DNA of 55,534 nt, filler included, from Perkinsus olseni (Eukaryota): NCBI GenBank assembly GCA_013115125.1. It is 4 parts of 4 records of this genome, joined end to end, with 100 filler letters (N's around TTAATTAATTAA, not from the genome) between each part and the next. Parts side by side here need not be neighbours in the genome. Positions count along the whole stretch, not along the records: positions 27,863 to 41,664 come from JABANN010000743.1; positions 41,765 to 55,534 come from JABANN010000744.1; 2 more parts are not named here. One strand, written 5' to 3'. The translations under genes and the position numbers were made by a program. Under the pieces are notes generated by a model. It saw only the letters and a program-made list of their open reading frames with translations. It was not told the DNA's origin and did not search any database. Positions 35,854 to 51,864 of the stretch are shown piece by piece (position 1 is the stretch's first letter; each line of letters starts with the position of its first letter).

Positions 35854-35988
35854 CTTCTCCAGTCAAAAAGGGACTCTCTAGTTTTGGTGCTTGGGTGTCT
35901 AAGACATGACTGGAAGATAACCATGGGTAGTTCTCATTGATGCTTCGCTGCATTGTAGTGCTCGTGTCTGCATTACCGCTCGACATTC
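35854..35988 (+). ncRNA. Candidate H/ACA snoRNA
   Basis: Hairpin tccagtca/tgactgga with an internal pocket, H box AGATAA at 35915-35920, hairpin ggtagt/attacc, ACA at 35983-35985. Both 3' pocket strands begin 14 nt before their box. Confidence 0.65.
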
Positions 35989-36031
35989 CGCTGCTTTCGT
36001 GAACTACGCAAGCCGAGGCCGAGTATTCAAA

Positions 36032-36110
36032 ATGATGATACCAGTAATACCAGTTCTGCTACTGAAAACTCATGTAGAGAACTTTTACCATTCATCTCTC
36101 ATCGCACTGA
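36032..36110 (+). ncRNA. C/D box snoRNA, SNORD38/snR61 homologue, copy 3
   Basis: Same boxes and guides; two substitutions versus copy 1, both outside boxes and guides. Confidence 0.88.
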
Positions 36111-36129
36111 AACGTAACAACGATTGAGA

Positions 36130-36208
36130 ATGATGATACCAGTAATACCAGTTCTGCTACTGAAAGATCATGTAGAGAACTTTTACCATTCATCTCTCAT
36201 CGCACTGA
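36130..36208 (+). ncRNA. C/D box snoRNA, SNORD38/snR61 homologue, copy 4
   Basis: Same boxes and guides; extra changes only in the D'-C' linker (aagatc vs aaactc). Confidence 0.88.
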
Positions 36209-36292
36209 TTCGTACATGAAAAGAACTGTGAGCACATACCGCGGGTAACTGATTCCTGGCTACGTTAAAGTACCTCTAATGTCTTAAGAGGT

Positions 36293-38269
36293 TCAAGACC
36301 CGTCAGGAATATCGCCATTGGCTAGAGTGCCCACTTGATGACATGATTCATCCATCGGTGGATATATTAGCTGGACAACAATAAGGCTATTACTTCCACT
36401 AGAGTAACCAAACAGATAGAGTATAGAAACGTATACAATGAAGGAGGCTCTATCAATCACATTGTATCTCCTCATCACCGCCACTCTGAAGGGAGTCATC
36501 GATAGGAAGCCATCCACAGTAGCTAGCAACACTACCTCAGTCTCGGGGGTGGGTGACGGCTCAGCAGGAAGGTCTTCCTCTGCTTCAGCCAGGCACTGAT
36601 AGTACGAAACATACCGAGGACACCGAGGAGAAGGCAATTACCTCTGGTTTCTCCCATACACTCTCTCCAGTAGCATCATTATTATAATATACCAAACCAG
36701 TATCATCAGCAGTATACTCAGTCCAATGGGTATGGGGAAGCTGGGGAACCGAATAATAAGAGCAGACAACTGATTCACTATTAAGAATACCTTTTTTCCG
36801 TATATACTCGGCGCACGGTCGAAGACCGTACCCGAGAGGTTCTCATGAAGCTTCTCGCAGGTGAGTTTAGCATGGATAGGTCTATTGGCATCTGATTCGA
36901 GCATCATCACCAGTGGAAGGTAACTGCATCAACCTACTCTTGAATACGAGGTTGCCGTTCATCTCATTAACACAATCCTGAGCTTCCTCTTTGGTAGAGA
37001 AAGTTACGAAGGCCACACCTCGATCTGATTGTTGACCATCCCGCACATAACACAGGCCGAGTATCTTCCGTGCTTGACTTCGTTCCCCTGTTGATGACCC
37101 TATTAGACATGCCCCTAATGAATAGTATGAGGATAACAATATCCAGTATTACCGATGCCCCGAAGTTCCCTTTTGAGTCTTTCGTCGGACACGGTCTGTG
37201 GTATGCAACCAATGAAAACCTTATTCTCGGGTACTCCTGAAAGCGACGACAAAAAGTAAACCTATGAATAATAAGGCACTCAAGGAGTACGAATACGAGG
37301 GCTCCGACTCCCCAACTCCGAGGGCTCAGCCATCTGATCCCACGCTGCAAGGCTGCGTTGGCGAAGGCGAGAGGTAGTGATGAGACTTTATCTACATTCA
37401 CGTAGCTATACCATCCAAAAGTCTAATCGGCGCATAAGGCAGTGAATCCCGCAGCTAGCTGAGGTACTGTAACCAGAGTCACGAGGTCACATTGCCGATA
37501 AACGCCCAAGGGTCTACACTTAAGTGTCTCGCTGTTCGAGACACAGAGTTGATTTTCCAATACATCAATTGAAGGCACTCTATACTCTCTGGAACCGAGC
37601 ACTATATTGATGCCAATCAATCCCCGCGAGCATGATACGCGCGGAAATGGCGGGTGCTTTGACCCCCAAGCGAACTTCTGATTAGTATACATTCCTCCGA
37701 GTGGTCAGCAGGAAATTCTCCGTTGACAGAAAATAAGCACCCGAGAGCCCCCCCAGCTGACACTTAATCTAATAATCATTGTAGGTCGCGGGGCTACTAC
37801 TCACAACAACGGACAGGTAGTATGCCACCGTACATGCTGATGGTCATCATGTCTACGATATAGTATACAGTAGCAGCACAGGCTGCTGTTGTTGTTCGAT
37901 GATGAGTGGTCCGAATATACTACCATCAACTTTGATCTCAGTACGTTGCACTTTGGCTGGTGGTGGTTGTTGTTGTTGCCCTTCTTCCTCTGTTGTGTTA
38001 TGATCCTCTTCCTGTGATACATCACCACCATCATCATTGGCAATACTTGATGAGCCTGGTATCATCATAATAATGATCCATACCCGTCACCCTTACTGTC
38101 CAATACAACTGCTGCTGTCGATGTTATTGCCCCAGCACCATCATCAACTACCGATGATGATTCAACCTGATCATCATCATCACCATACTCAATATAGCGA
38201 TGAATACCCTGTTACCTCTGAAGTATCCAAGTCGACAACCAATCCTGATGATACCCCTTCTGATGACAT
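36293..38269 (-). CDS. RRM + WW domain RNA-binding protein, multi-exon; 5' exons uncertain
   Basis: RNP1 RGVAFVTFSTKEEAQDCVNEMNG (about 36950-37025) and WW domain WTEYTADDTGLVYYNNDATGESVWEKP (about 36641-36740). Tentative start MSSEGVSS at 38269. Confidence 0.6.
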
Positions 38270-38456
38270 ACTAACAACAGATGGATGCTCCTGGCAACAG
38301 CAGTACAAAGACGCCGAGGGTCAGTTCAGTTCCGTCACGCGCCACGAAATTAAATCACATCATCATCTTCAGTAATGAACTTTCTCGCGTTGGGAGTGAG
38401 AACTTGCTCTCCCCAGTCCCTTCTTCTCCTTGTTGTTGTTGTTGTTGTTGTTGTCG

Positions 38457-41664
<3,208 letters not shown>

Positions 41665-41764
41665 NNNNNNNNNNNNNNNNNNNNNNNNNNNNNNNNNNNN
41701 NNNNNNNNTTAATTAATTAANNNNNNNNNNNNNNNNNNNNNNNNNNNNNNNNNNNNNNNNNNNN
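41665..41764. other. Artificial contig linker N44-TTAATTAATTAA-N44
   Basis: Same structure; preceded by an (AGT)n tract. Confidence 0.97.
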
Positions 41765-41884
41765 GCCCAGGAACATTCCTATGAGCGTGCCCAGGAACAT
41801 TCCTATGAGCGTGCCCAGGAACATTCCTATGAGCGTGCCCAGGAACATTCCTATGAGCGTGCCCAGGAACATTCCTATGAGCGT
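41765..41884. repeat. 24-bp perfect tandem repeat (gcccaggaacattcctatgagcgt) x5, truncated by contig start
   Basis: Five identical units read directly. Confidence 0.95.
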
Positions 41885-42046
41885 GACTTCCTCGGCTACC
41901 CCGTGGTCGAGGATTTCGTGGCGCGTGACACTCTCTTGGACTAGTTCGTAGAGTAGTTCGGCCCTCGGTTCCAGCGAGACTCGCCACCGTCCAGTGTCCA
42001 CTACGGCTACTACTGCCACCATCATTCTGGACTTCATTAGTGATTG

Positions 42047-42117
42047 TCTTCCTCCGGGGATCGAACCCGGCTCACTAGGATAGAAGTCAGCCGCTCTACG
42101 TACTGAATCAAATTCAC
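42047..42117 (-). mobile_element. tRNA-derived (SINE-head-like) sequence or tRNA pseudogene
   Basis: Minus strand TGATTCAGTACGTAGAGC (A-box-like) ... CTTCTAT ... CCGGG-TTCGATC-CCCGG (perfect T-arm, B box). Anticodon and acceptor stems do not pair. Confidence 0.6.
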
Positions 42118-42438
42118 CGAGCTCACGCGGAGTTGTCAGTTCGCTTTGAACTTGCTCGTCGTAGCGGAACGCGATTCACGCTTTAGGAACTTTCCTGAGG
42201 CGCGTTCTTCAAGAACGTTCCTGGGAACGAAGTCCCGCTTGTCTATTGAACAGCCCGAGACATCTGAACGAACCTGCTGTGGATGATGGAAGAGAAGTGA
42301 GCCACCCTCCTGGGACAGATTTCCATTCGGAAAAAGATCATTTCTGTTGTTGATACTTTCAGTGTTGTTATTAGTATCGCTGCATCAGAGTGATGATGTT
42401 CTCTTTCTTAGTGTTGTTGTGACGTGTGCGGTATAATA

Positions 42439-44147
42439 ATGGCAACTGATCATGGTCATCATGATTACCCTAGACAGGTCACTGACGACACTGGAACATC
42501 ATCGTCATCGGTGAGGGGTGGAGGTGATAACGGTGGTAACAACACTCTATTATTGCTACAGTCATGTCATCATCATCATCATGATAGTACTACTACTAGT
42601 AGTAGTATGAGTACGCAGCCAGGAGTGGCAGGTGGTAGTAGTAGTGGTGGTGGTGGTTATGGATTATTAAGGGATAGTAGGAAGAATACTGGTACTTATG
42701 ATGGTACTAATCCTGCTGGTACGACTAGGAATATATTATCATCATCATTACTTGATCATTCGACTGTAAATGATTTTATCCTTGGTAAAACATTGGGTAC
42801 TGGATCTTTTGGAAGAGTTAGATTCGTTACTAATAAGAATAGTGGTCGACATTATGCCCTTAAGATACTTAAAAAAGCAGCTATCATCAAACTCAAACAG
42901 GTAGTTATCATCATATTCGTCTTCATCATCGACCATAATGATTGATATCGATCATCATCATCATCATTACCGAGGATCTTATTATGATACTCGTTGTCAT
43001 CATCAGGTTGATCATATTATATCTGAGAAGAGTATCCTCAAGGTTATACATCATCCCAACATAGTCAACCTTTATGGTTCATTTCAAGATAAAAGATATC
43101 TCTACTTGGCTATGGAGTAATACCACACATAATCATCATTACGTTGCCAGGATAAAATCGAATTGGTAATTGTAGATACGTGAATGGCGGTGAATTCTTC
43201 TCACACCTTCGTAGAGCTGGTAGATTTACCAACGAGATATCAAGATTCTACGCAGCACAAATAGTTAGTATATTTGAATATCTTCATAATAAAGATATTA
43301 TTTATCGAGATCTCAAACCAGAGAATATATTACTAACACCGGATGGATATCTCAAACTGACCGATTTCGGTTTTGCTAAGGTACTAGTAATGACATTCTC
43401 ATGAGCATTATTCTTAGTACTAGTGATTACCAGGTAATCCATCATACGAGAACTTACACTCTATGCGGCACTCCTGAATATATTGCCCCCGAAGTTCTCC
43501 TCAATAAGGTAATAACGTGAAGACATCAATTTAAATGTATGTGTATGGTACTTGCAGGGACATGGTAAAGCAGTAGATTGGTGGACTCTTGGTATACTTA
43601 CATACGAGATGATAGTTGGCTATCCACCCTTTGTTGACGAGGATCCTATGGGTAATACTATTCTCCGCATCATTCTAGCATCATCATCATTATAGGTATC
43701 TATCAAAAGATACTTTCGGGTAAGATAGTATTCCCTCGTTACTTCGACAAAGATGCTAAGAGTCTTGTTAAAAGACTTTTGACTGCGGATCTGAGTAATA
43801 ATACCACAACTTTCGGAACTTCTCTTTCTTCGTTCTCTTGTCGATTATCATCATTTTTGTTAGCTAAAAGATATGGTAACTTGAGAAATGGTGTTGATGA
43901 TATCAAAGGATGTGATTGGTTCAAAGGTAATAATAACAATAATGGGTATTGATAGATCGATATTATAATGATTCATCCATTGCTAGGTTTATCATGGTAT
44001 GATCTTTATAATAAGAATATACCAGCACCTTATAAACCCAAGGTTAAGTCGGATACTGATACATCCAATTTTGATGAATATCCTGATTCAACTGATGGCC
44101 TGCCAGCAGCGATACCGCCGGAACAAGATCCATTCCTCAATTGGTGA
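42439..44147 (+). CDS. PKAc: cAMP-dependent protein kinase catalytic subunit, multi-exon
   Basis: [58 protein letters not shown] and C-terminal DPFLNW*. Confidence 0.93.
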
Positions 44148-44370
44148 TAATAATAATAACACTTACTCTCGTGAAGAGCATCATACTACTCATCAATGTT
44201 GTCCATAATAATGAATGCATCATCATCATCATCATCTCGCGGCTACTTTTCCTCAATATTTAATATCATTAGATTTTCCTTTTTCGCTTGTCTTTCGTTA
44301 TTTCCGGTGGATTAATGAAACCCAACAAGAACTGTTACAGACAGGAAAAATGAGTATTATCAGCCTCTCA

Positions 44371-44991
44371 TCATTGCCTAACATCTTCGTCATCATCGTC
44401 CATAACCTCTATCAGATTATCATCAATATCACCCCAATGCTTATATATAACTTCACATAAGCTCACTAGATGTGCGGCATCATCAACGCTACATGTTTCC
44501 CTGAAAGAAGAGCAACAATAACCTGACTGATGATTATGGTGATGCTGGACATGTTGTTACCTGCATGAATGCATCGCCCATTGTGCTGCCCCAAGGTCGA
44601 TGGTTCTGATACCAATATTGGCACTCATCATCGGACCAATCGTAGAACCACATGGTGAATCATTACGGACTACGAAGTCCTGTATAGGTATAGGAGCAGC
44701 AGTATTAACACCATCACCCGCATCACTGCCACCACATGGTGTGCGTGTGTCGTTGGATGATGATGATGCCAATGCCCTTATCATTGATGCAGTGAGTGCA
44801 TTGGTAGCATATCTTTGATTAGTATTGGTCTTAATAACAATACCATCATGTAGGTATACTTTATGCTCAGATTGATGTTTACTGGGATAGTTGGGATGAA
44901 TAGCATGAGCACCATCAGCCGATACTAATATCGACCTGCAATGACCACCAATATTACACATGCACACTATCATCACAGTGATCATGATGAT

Positions 44992-45039
<48 letters not shown>

Positions 45040-46361
45040 CTTGCAATGATCTGTGAGAAGTATCTATGAGCATGGGATTGTTGGTCTAGTGAGGATAGAA
45101 TACGTTTAATCCAGGATTGTAGAGTCATAGAGTTAGCACCAGTATAGGAAGTAGATCCACACTCTTCATGATCGAATGCTGCTGCTATATAAATATCCTT
45201 ACCTAAAATGTATAATAACAAAGATAATGATAATGTCGTTATTATTACCATCGATAAGATGATCTGATTGTGACGATAACGCTTCCATACAGGCCCAAGT
45301 CGACAATAGATTATCAATACGGGGAGAGCTGATGAACTCATCATAAACACCAATCATAGATGATGGTGTTGCATCCATCATACATACATCAAAATCTATA
45401 ATATCATTAATAGAGCAACTAAGGATCATCACAGCAGTATAGCGATGAGGGAGATTATTATGATGTTAATATTACCCAGCTTCCTTCGACAACAACTCCA
45501 TCAATGCTCTATGATTACCGTTAACCATGGCATCATCATCAGTATTCTGTTTATCATCATGTCCTCCTGCTGCTGCTTGTTGTTGTTGATGATGATAATA
45601 TTTACTTGAACAGAATATTGGCATCAGATGTTCTTCTGGATTAATCTAATAGTAAGAGTAAACATGATAATAACATCAACATCAGGCAGCATACTAGCAT
45701 CGGATAGGTGATGGTGATAAGCAGCAGCAGCAATAGCTGCTAGTGTTACCTTAAAGCCGGCATTCCTTTCTTCTGCGGTTTGTAGATGTATAGCAAGATT
45801 TGGTATTATAGCAACTGGCCTGTCGACCCTAATAAGCCTTTCCTCAATACAACCCTTGTTGTTGTGTATAACAACTTTACCAGCCATACCAAGACCTCGA
45901 TCAAACCAAGTGTGCCATAGACCACCACCATAAGTAGAAACACCAAGTTGTATAATACCCTCTTTAGGTTTAATAGGTGATCTTGGCCTCAGTCTCAGAC
46001 AGGGTGAATCAGTATGAGCACCAATCATAATGATACGACTACCACCAGCAGCAGCATTGCTAGCATTATTGGACATAGCATCAGTATTGAATTTATTACC
46101 AATGATGAAGGCAAATATCTCCGAATGATTTCGAGTTATGAAGTATTTTCCACCAGGTTGAATAATAGAAGACCATGATTTCTTCTCTGATAATGGTATA
46201 AAGCCTTTATTAAGTAATAACCTTTTACTAGCTAGTACCGAATGATAAGGCGATCCAGTTCTATTAACAAAATCAATAAACCTTCTACCAGCAGCAGCAG
46301 TGGTAGTAGTAGTGCTTGTAGTAGTAGTCAAGGGTTTGTTACAGCCAACTGCCTTCATCAT
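44371..46361 (-). CDS. DNPEP: Aspartyl aminopeptidase, M18 family, multi-exon
   Basis: GAHTDSPCL, YGGGLWHTWFDR, LAIHL, RIDNL, FDHEECGS, SADGAHAIHPNY, SPCGSTIGP and MHSCRE. Confidence 0.92.
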
Positions 46362-46480
46362 GTAGTGATGATTATGATGATGAGAGGCGACAACATCGTT
46401 AGGGAATTGCAAGAATAGGTAAGAGTGCAAGATGTACATGCCGCGCATCATCATTGAATTGAGTCGTCGTCGTCGTTGTG

Positions 46481-47948
46481 ATGATGACGGGTGGTGGTTG
46501 TGGTTGTGAGAGAGGTATATATGATATTGCATTAACATCATCAATAGCATCATTGATATCTCGTTGTCTACTACATCCACTGGATACTATCAAATCTAAA
46601 ATACAGGTATTGATCATGGTCAGGGGGCAATAATAATACTCACTCTTAGGTTAGTATTAGACATAATAATAATACACCAACAACGATCAACACCCCGCAT
46701 GATAGGGTAATATAATCGATATTAATGATGATGCTAATATTGCTTATTAGACTATTATGAAGAATGTATTATTATATACCCGGTCATCATCAAGTTTGGG
46801 AGGTGGTGGAGGTGTGGTAAAGGAACTGTATAAAGGTATTGGTGTTGCTGCTATCGGAGGTATACCAGCAGGAGCATTGTAATAATAATAATCATGATGA
46901 TATTACCACTCATCACGGTCAGGTACTTTACTTGTTATCATATTATACGTAATCAATGTATTAATATACGCCAATCAATGTCGTCTTCACCACCATCAAT
47001 TCATGGTGATGCTGTTATTGATTTAACAGCTGGATTCATCGCTGAGGGCATTAGTTGTATGATATGGGTACCAATAGATGTATGTAAAGAACAGTTACAG
47101 ACACAAAAGGAGTTGGGAATAACTAACTTTAAAGGTAATAATGCCAATAATGCTTGTTGTATTAGTAGTAGTAACACTCATCACCTTGACCATAATTGGC
47201 ATTAGGTTCTATTGATGCATTACGTGGTAATAGTTTATCAAGGCTATATAAAGGTTATTGGGCAACTCTCGCTAGTTTTGGTCCATTCTCAGCACTTTAC
47301 TTTGCATTCGCCCAAAAGTAATAACAACACCAACAACGATACTCAGCTCATAATATTGCATATCACATTGCTCGTCGATGAGGTATAAATCCTGGATAGC
47401 ATCATCATCATACTATCATTCTTGTGGTCATGACCGACTGAACACTAATGAGCATCATGATGCAACGGTGAACATGATGATGTTGCCATTCCATGCTCAT
47501 GTATTATCATGTGCCGCTGCTGGTGCATCAGCTGCTTTTATTACTACACCTTTGGATCTTGTTAAATTGAGATTACAAGTAATAACAACAACACCAACAA
47601 TGCAACTACATGTTATCATCACAGGTACAACGTAGTAGTGGCATCAGCTCATCATCTTATCACCATCGACGACGACCACGACCCCCTGACAGCATCATTG
47701 CTCCTTCTGCCACAACCACTACTACTGCCTCTGCATCATCATCATCATCATCGGCGTCGTCGTCGTTGTCGTCGTCGTCGTCGTTTCACTATACTTCATT
47801 TATTAATGGGTTAATGACATTATACCGGACTGAAGGTGTGAAGGGTATGTTTCGTGGCTCTTTAATGAGGATACTATTCTTCGCACCGAACACGGCTTTA
47901 ACCATGTCAATAATGGAGTATTTACTACAACTAAAGCAGCAAGGATGA
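46481..47948 (+). CDS. Mitochondrial carrier family (SLC25) protein, multi-exon
   Basis: Three Px[D/E]xxK repeats: HPLDTIKSKIQ, VPIDVCKEQLQ and TPLDLVKLRLQ; also EGVKGMFRG. Confidence 0.88.
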
Positions 47949-48425
47949 CGACCACGACAACAACAACACCCTCATGACACCTACAGTAAATAATAATTAC
48001 CGTCTATTGTCATTGATAGCATCAGCAGCANNNNNNNNNNNNNNNNNNNNNNNNNNNNNNNNNNNNNNNNNNNNNNNNNNNNNNNNNNNNNNNNNNNNNN
48101 NNNNNNNNNNNNNNNNNNNNNNNNNNNNNTGACGATTGTCATTAATGATAATATTATTATACTATTCTGAGTTATAGTACTCATTATATTATCATAGTCA
48201 TCAACAACAACACCCTCATGACACCTACAGTAAATAATAATTACCGTCTATTGTCATTGATAGCATCAGCAGCAGCAGCAGTACCACCACTATCATTGCA
48301 TTGTTGTTGTATTAAGTGACGATTGTCATTAATGATAATATTATTATACTATTCTGAGTTATAGTACTCATTATATTATCATAGTCATCATCAATTGTGT
48401 CATCTTAGTAATACCCCTCACTACT

Positions 48426-49189
48426 ATGATACAACAACAGCAACAGCAACAACAACAACAACAGCAACAGCAACAGAAGCCATTGCATCTGCAGAATTTC
48501 CTGGATAGGATAATATTGGAAGAAACTATGATAACCTCGATAAGAAGAGAATTGCTATTCACCAGTACTACTATTACTACTGCTGTCATCATCACCGTTG
48601 CTCTGAGTATTCTTCACAATAATACCGTGATGATAATGCCCAGCATCAGCAGCAGCAGATGGAGGTGGTGGTGGTAATGATGTTGTTTCATCATCAGTTG
48701 CGGTTGTTGTTGGTATAATAACGTTATCTATCGAATCATCAACAATATCATCAGATATGCTGCATATAAAGGATCTGATCGAAGTACTGAGAATAACAAC
48801 AACAGTGATGATGATGTCAACACCGTCGTTAGTCATCATTATGTTCTTAGACACATATCCTCACATCATCACCATCACCATCATCCTTAGAGGACGTAAA
48901 TGATTGGATGAGGGAAGTATATCTGCCCAACATTCAATCTAGTATATTCAATCCAATTGTAATAATAATCATAACTACGACTTAAACCACCACCACCAAC
49001 ATCAACAACAACAATTATATCATCAGTTCGGTTACATGGTTAGTATAATCGAAGGTACGACGAGAAAGTGCTGAGAAGCAAGAACCCCATGAAGGTCTGT
49101 GGTCCTCCTCCTCATCCTCATCAACCTCGGACCAGCGCCAGCAGCAGCGCCAGCAGCAGCATGACGATGTTCATTCAGTTGATGATCTG

Positions 49190-49225
<36 letters not shown>

Positions 49226-50034
49226 GCGATTTTAGAATCTATTTATCATCATCATTCTCACAGTAGTAATCCTGTAGTTATAATGTGGCCGTTGTTGATG
49301 ATAACTCGGAGACGGTTGGACACATGTAATAAACATGATACAGACGACATCATCATACCATCTCATCATCATCATCATCACTTCAATACTAAACATGAAT
49401 CATTACTTATTAGGTAATATTGATAACGATTATTATTATAGACAGCATAAGGTGGATGCTGCCGCTCGCTAATATTCTCATTATTCAGGCATCTTCAACG
49501 GGCTGTGTATCGACCATCATCATCATCTTCGTCATCATTGGTAACCAGCAGCAGCACCACCACCAGCAGCAGCAGCAGAACATTCCCCTACACACCCTCC
49601 CCTAATTGCCCATCATACTCCTATATTGATGATAACACCCTTCTAACCTCATCACCACGAGGATCATGTCCAGGATTCAATCATACCATAACATCACCAA
49701 CTGATGGGAGTCTCTCCACGCTATCAGTTACTGGAGGCTGTTTACAAGTAGTAATCATCATCACCACTATCACCTCACATGCATTCCGATCTAGGCGTGC
49801 ATCATAACACCATCATCATCATCTACATCATCATTATCACTCAGCCCTGAGTGTATGAAACCATTTGGGAATATTAATAATATGAATATCAGCAGTTCGG
49901 ATAATATCATCAATTGGGGTGTTATAGATGATCGTAATAACAATGATATACAGTGGCTAGCATCATCAATCATCAGTAAACATCATTTTAAAGGTAGTAG
50001 TAGTGATATTGCGCTTCATACCAACAACCACACC

Positions 50035-50095
<61 letters not shown>

Positions 50096-50693
50096 GACTA
50101 CTACTGTAGCATCATCATCATCAGTGATGAGAGAAACATTGATGTGGATACTATTGGTATCATCATTGATATCTTTATTAGATGTTACAACATCTGATTG
50201 GCTCGGTCAAGATACTGCTATGATAAAGATAAGAGTATCTTTCTATCATCCAACTAGCGCAATATTCACTTATGTAATATCTAATAGTAATAGTATCGTC
50301 GTTGTAATAATCGGCCTGGTTATTCGGAGCACCTACTACTATCATCATTGATCATCATCATCATCATCATCATCATGATGATTAGGTTGAGACTAGCGGT
50401 GAGGTGGGTCCCATCGATGGGGCAATACCGATAAAGACGCATATTACGAGTATGAGGAATATCCTGCTTCTTCATGAACAACAACAACAACAACAACAAT
50501 CCACAACAACAACAAGCTCATCATCATTATCATTCATCCTATTTATATCCCTAAGTGTAATACTAATGAGCATAATGATAGTCATTATTATTACTCTGTT
50601 TTTTCTTGCTGCTGTTATCAGCTTATCTTGGGCATCCTAACTCTGCTACTCGATATCTATTCATTATTATTATCACAGACATCATGTACCCGA

Positions 50694-50726
<33 letters not shown>

Positions 50727-50932
50727 AATAATAATATTGATAACAACAACCGTACAGTACTGCCCAAGCATCATCATGAAGTGTTCTGATGATAGTCATA
50801 ACATGACCATAGTTATTCAGGTACGGACATCGGTTGATGATACTACGATTGTAAGTGGTAAAGATGAGAAGACTTCGCAGCATGCTCAACAGCAGGGGGA
50901 AGATAGCCAACGACTCGATACGAAGTCACTCT

Positions 50933-50973
<41 letters not shown>

Positions 50974-51602
50974 GACGATGTTGATGAGTTGAGAGGAAAC
51001 AGGCGGAACTACAGATGGAAGCCAATAGCATTCACTCTGGTCATCATCAGCATCAGCATCAGCATCAGCATTATTATTATTACTCATGATCACTTCTTAT
51101 CAGGTATTCCTGTGTATTATGATCTTGAGACTTGTACTACATACTTCGATAATTAGATATGACCATGCTATGCATCACTTACTCGATAACGCGTATATGA
51201 ATAACAACAACAAGAAGAAGAACATTGTGATGATGATGATGATGACTGAGGAAGGAACGAGCCACATAACGTCATCCGGGATCGGTCTAGGAGCCTCGGC
51301 AACAGCTGCAACAGCAGCAGCAGCAGATGCAGCAGCAGAGAAGAGGCAGCAGCAGCAGTCTTATCAGGAGTTTATACAAGTAGTGCATCTGTTCTTGATC
51401 GGTGATTGTGATAGTACCGCAAGTGTAGTATGAGTCCTCCATTCATCATCATCATTGTTATTCTCCTAGGTATATTATGATACTATGGAACGTCTATCTG
51501 ACATGAGCAACACCTATTTCATCATCAATATATGTAATAACTATTATCTCCAAGTTTCAGATAATGGCATGGCATCACCATCATCATCATCATCACTACC
51601 GC

Positions 51603-51646
<44 letters not shown>

Positions 51647-51812
51647 CGACTTTAGAGGTTTCCTCTAAAGAACACCTTTCACGATATGCATACTCCATGA
51701 GGGGTACTCAAAGCACAGAGGGACTTAGATGATATTATACTGTACCAATGCCCCCCCTACGGCAACTCATCTCAACTCATCCAACTCATCCAACTCTTGG
51801 AGAGAGGCATCG

Positions 51813-51864
<52 letters not shown>

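Noticed and set aside
35560-36208. CRISPR array (conserved repeats with unique spacers)
   Set aside because: Repeats are 79 nt with 19-nt spacers, there are no cas genes, the context is eukaryotic, and C/D boxes plus rRNA-complementary guides explain the repeat fully.
42047-42117. Functional tRNA-Arg(TCT)
   Set aside because: Only the T-arm is intact; anticodon and acceptor stems are broken, so it is treated as tRNA-derived.
47958-48390. Direct duplication around the N gap at 48031-48129
   Set aside because: Identical blocks on both sides of a scaffold gap most likely reflect unmerged contig overlap.
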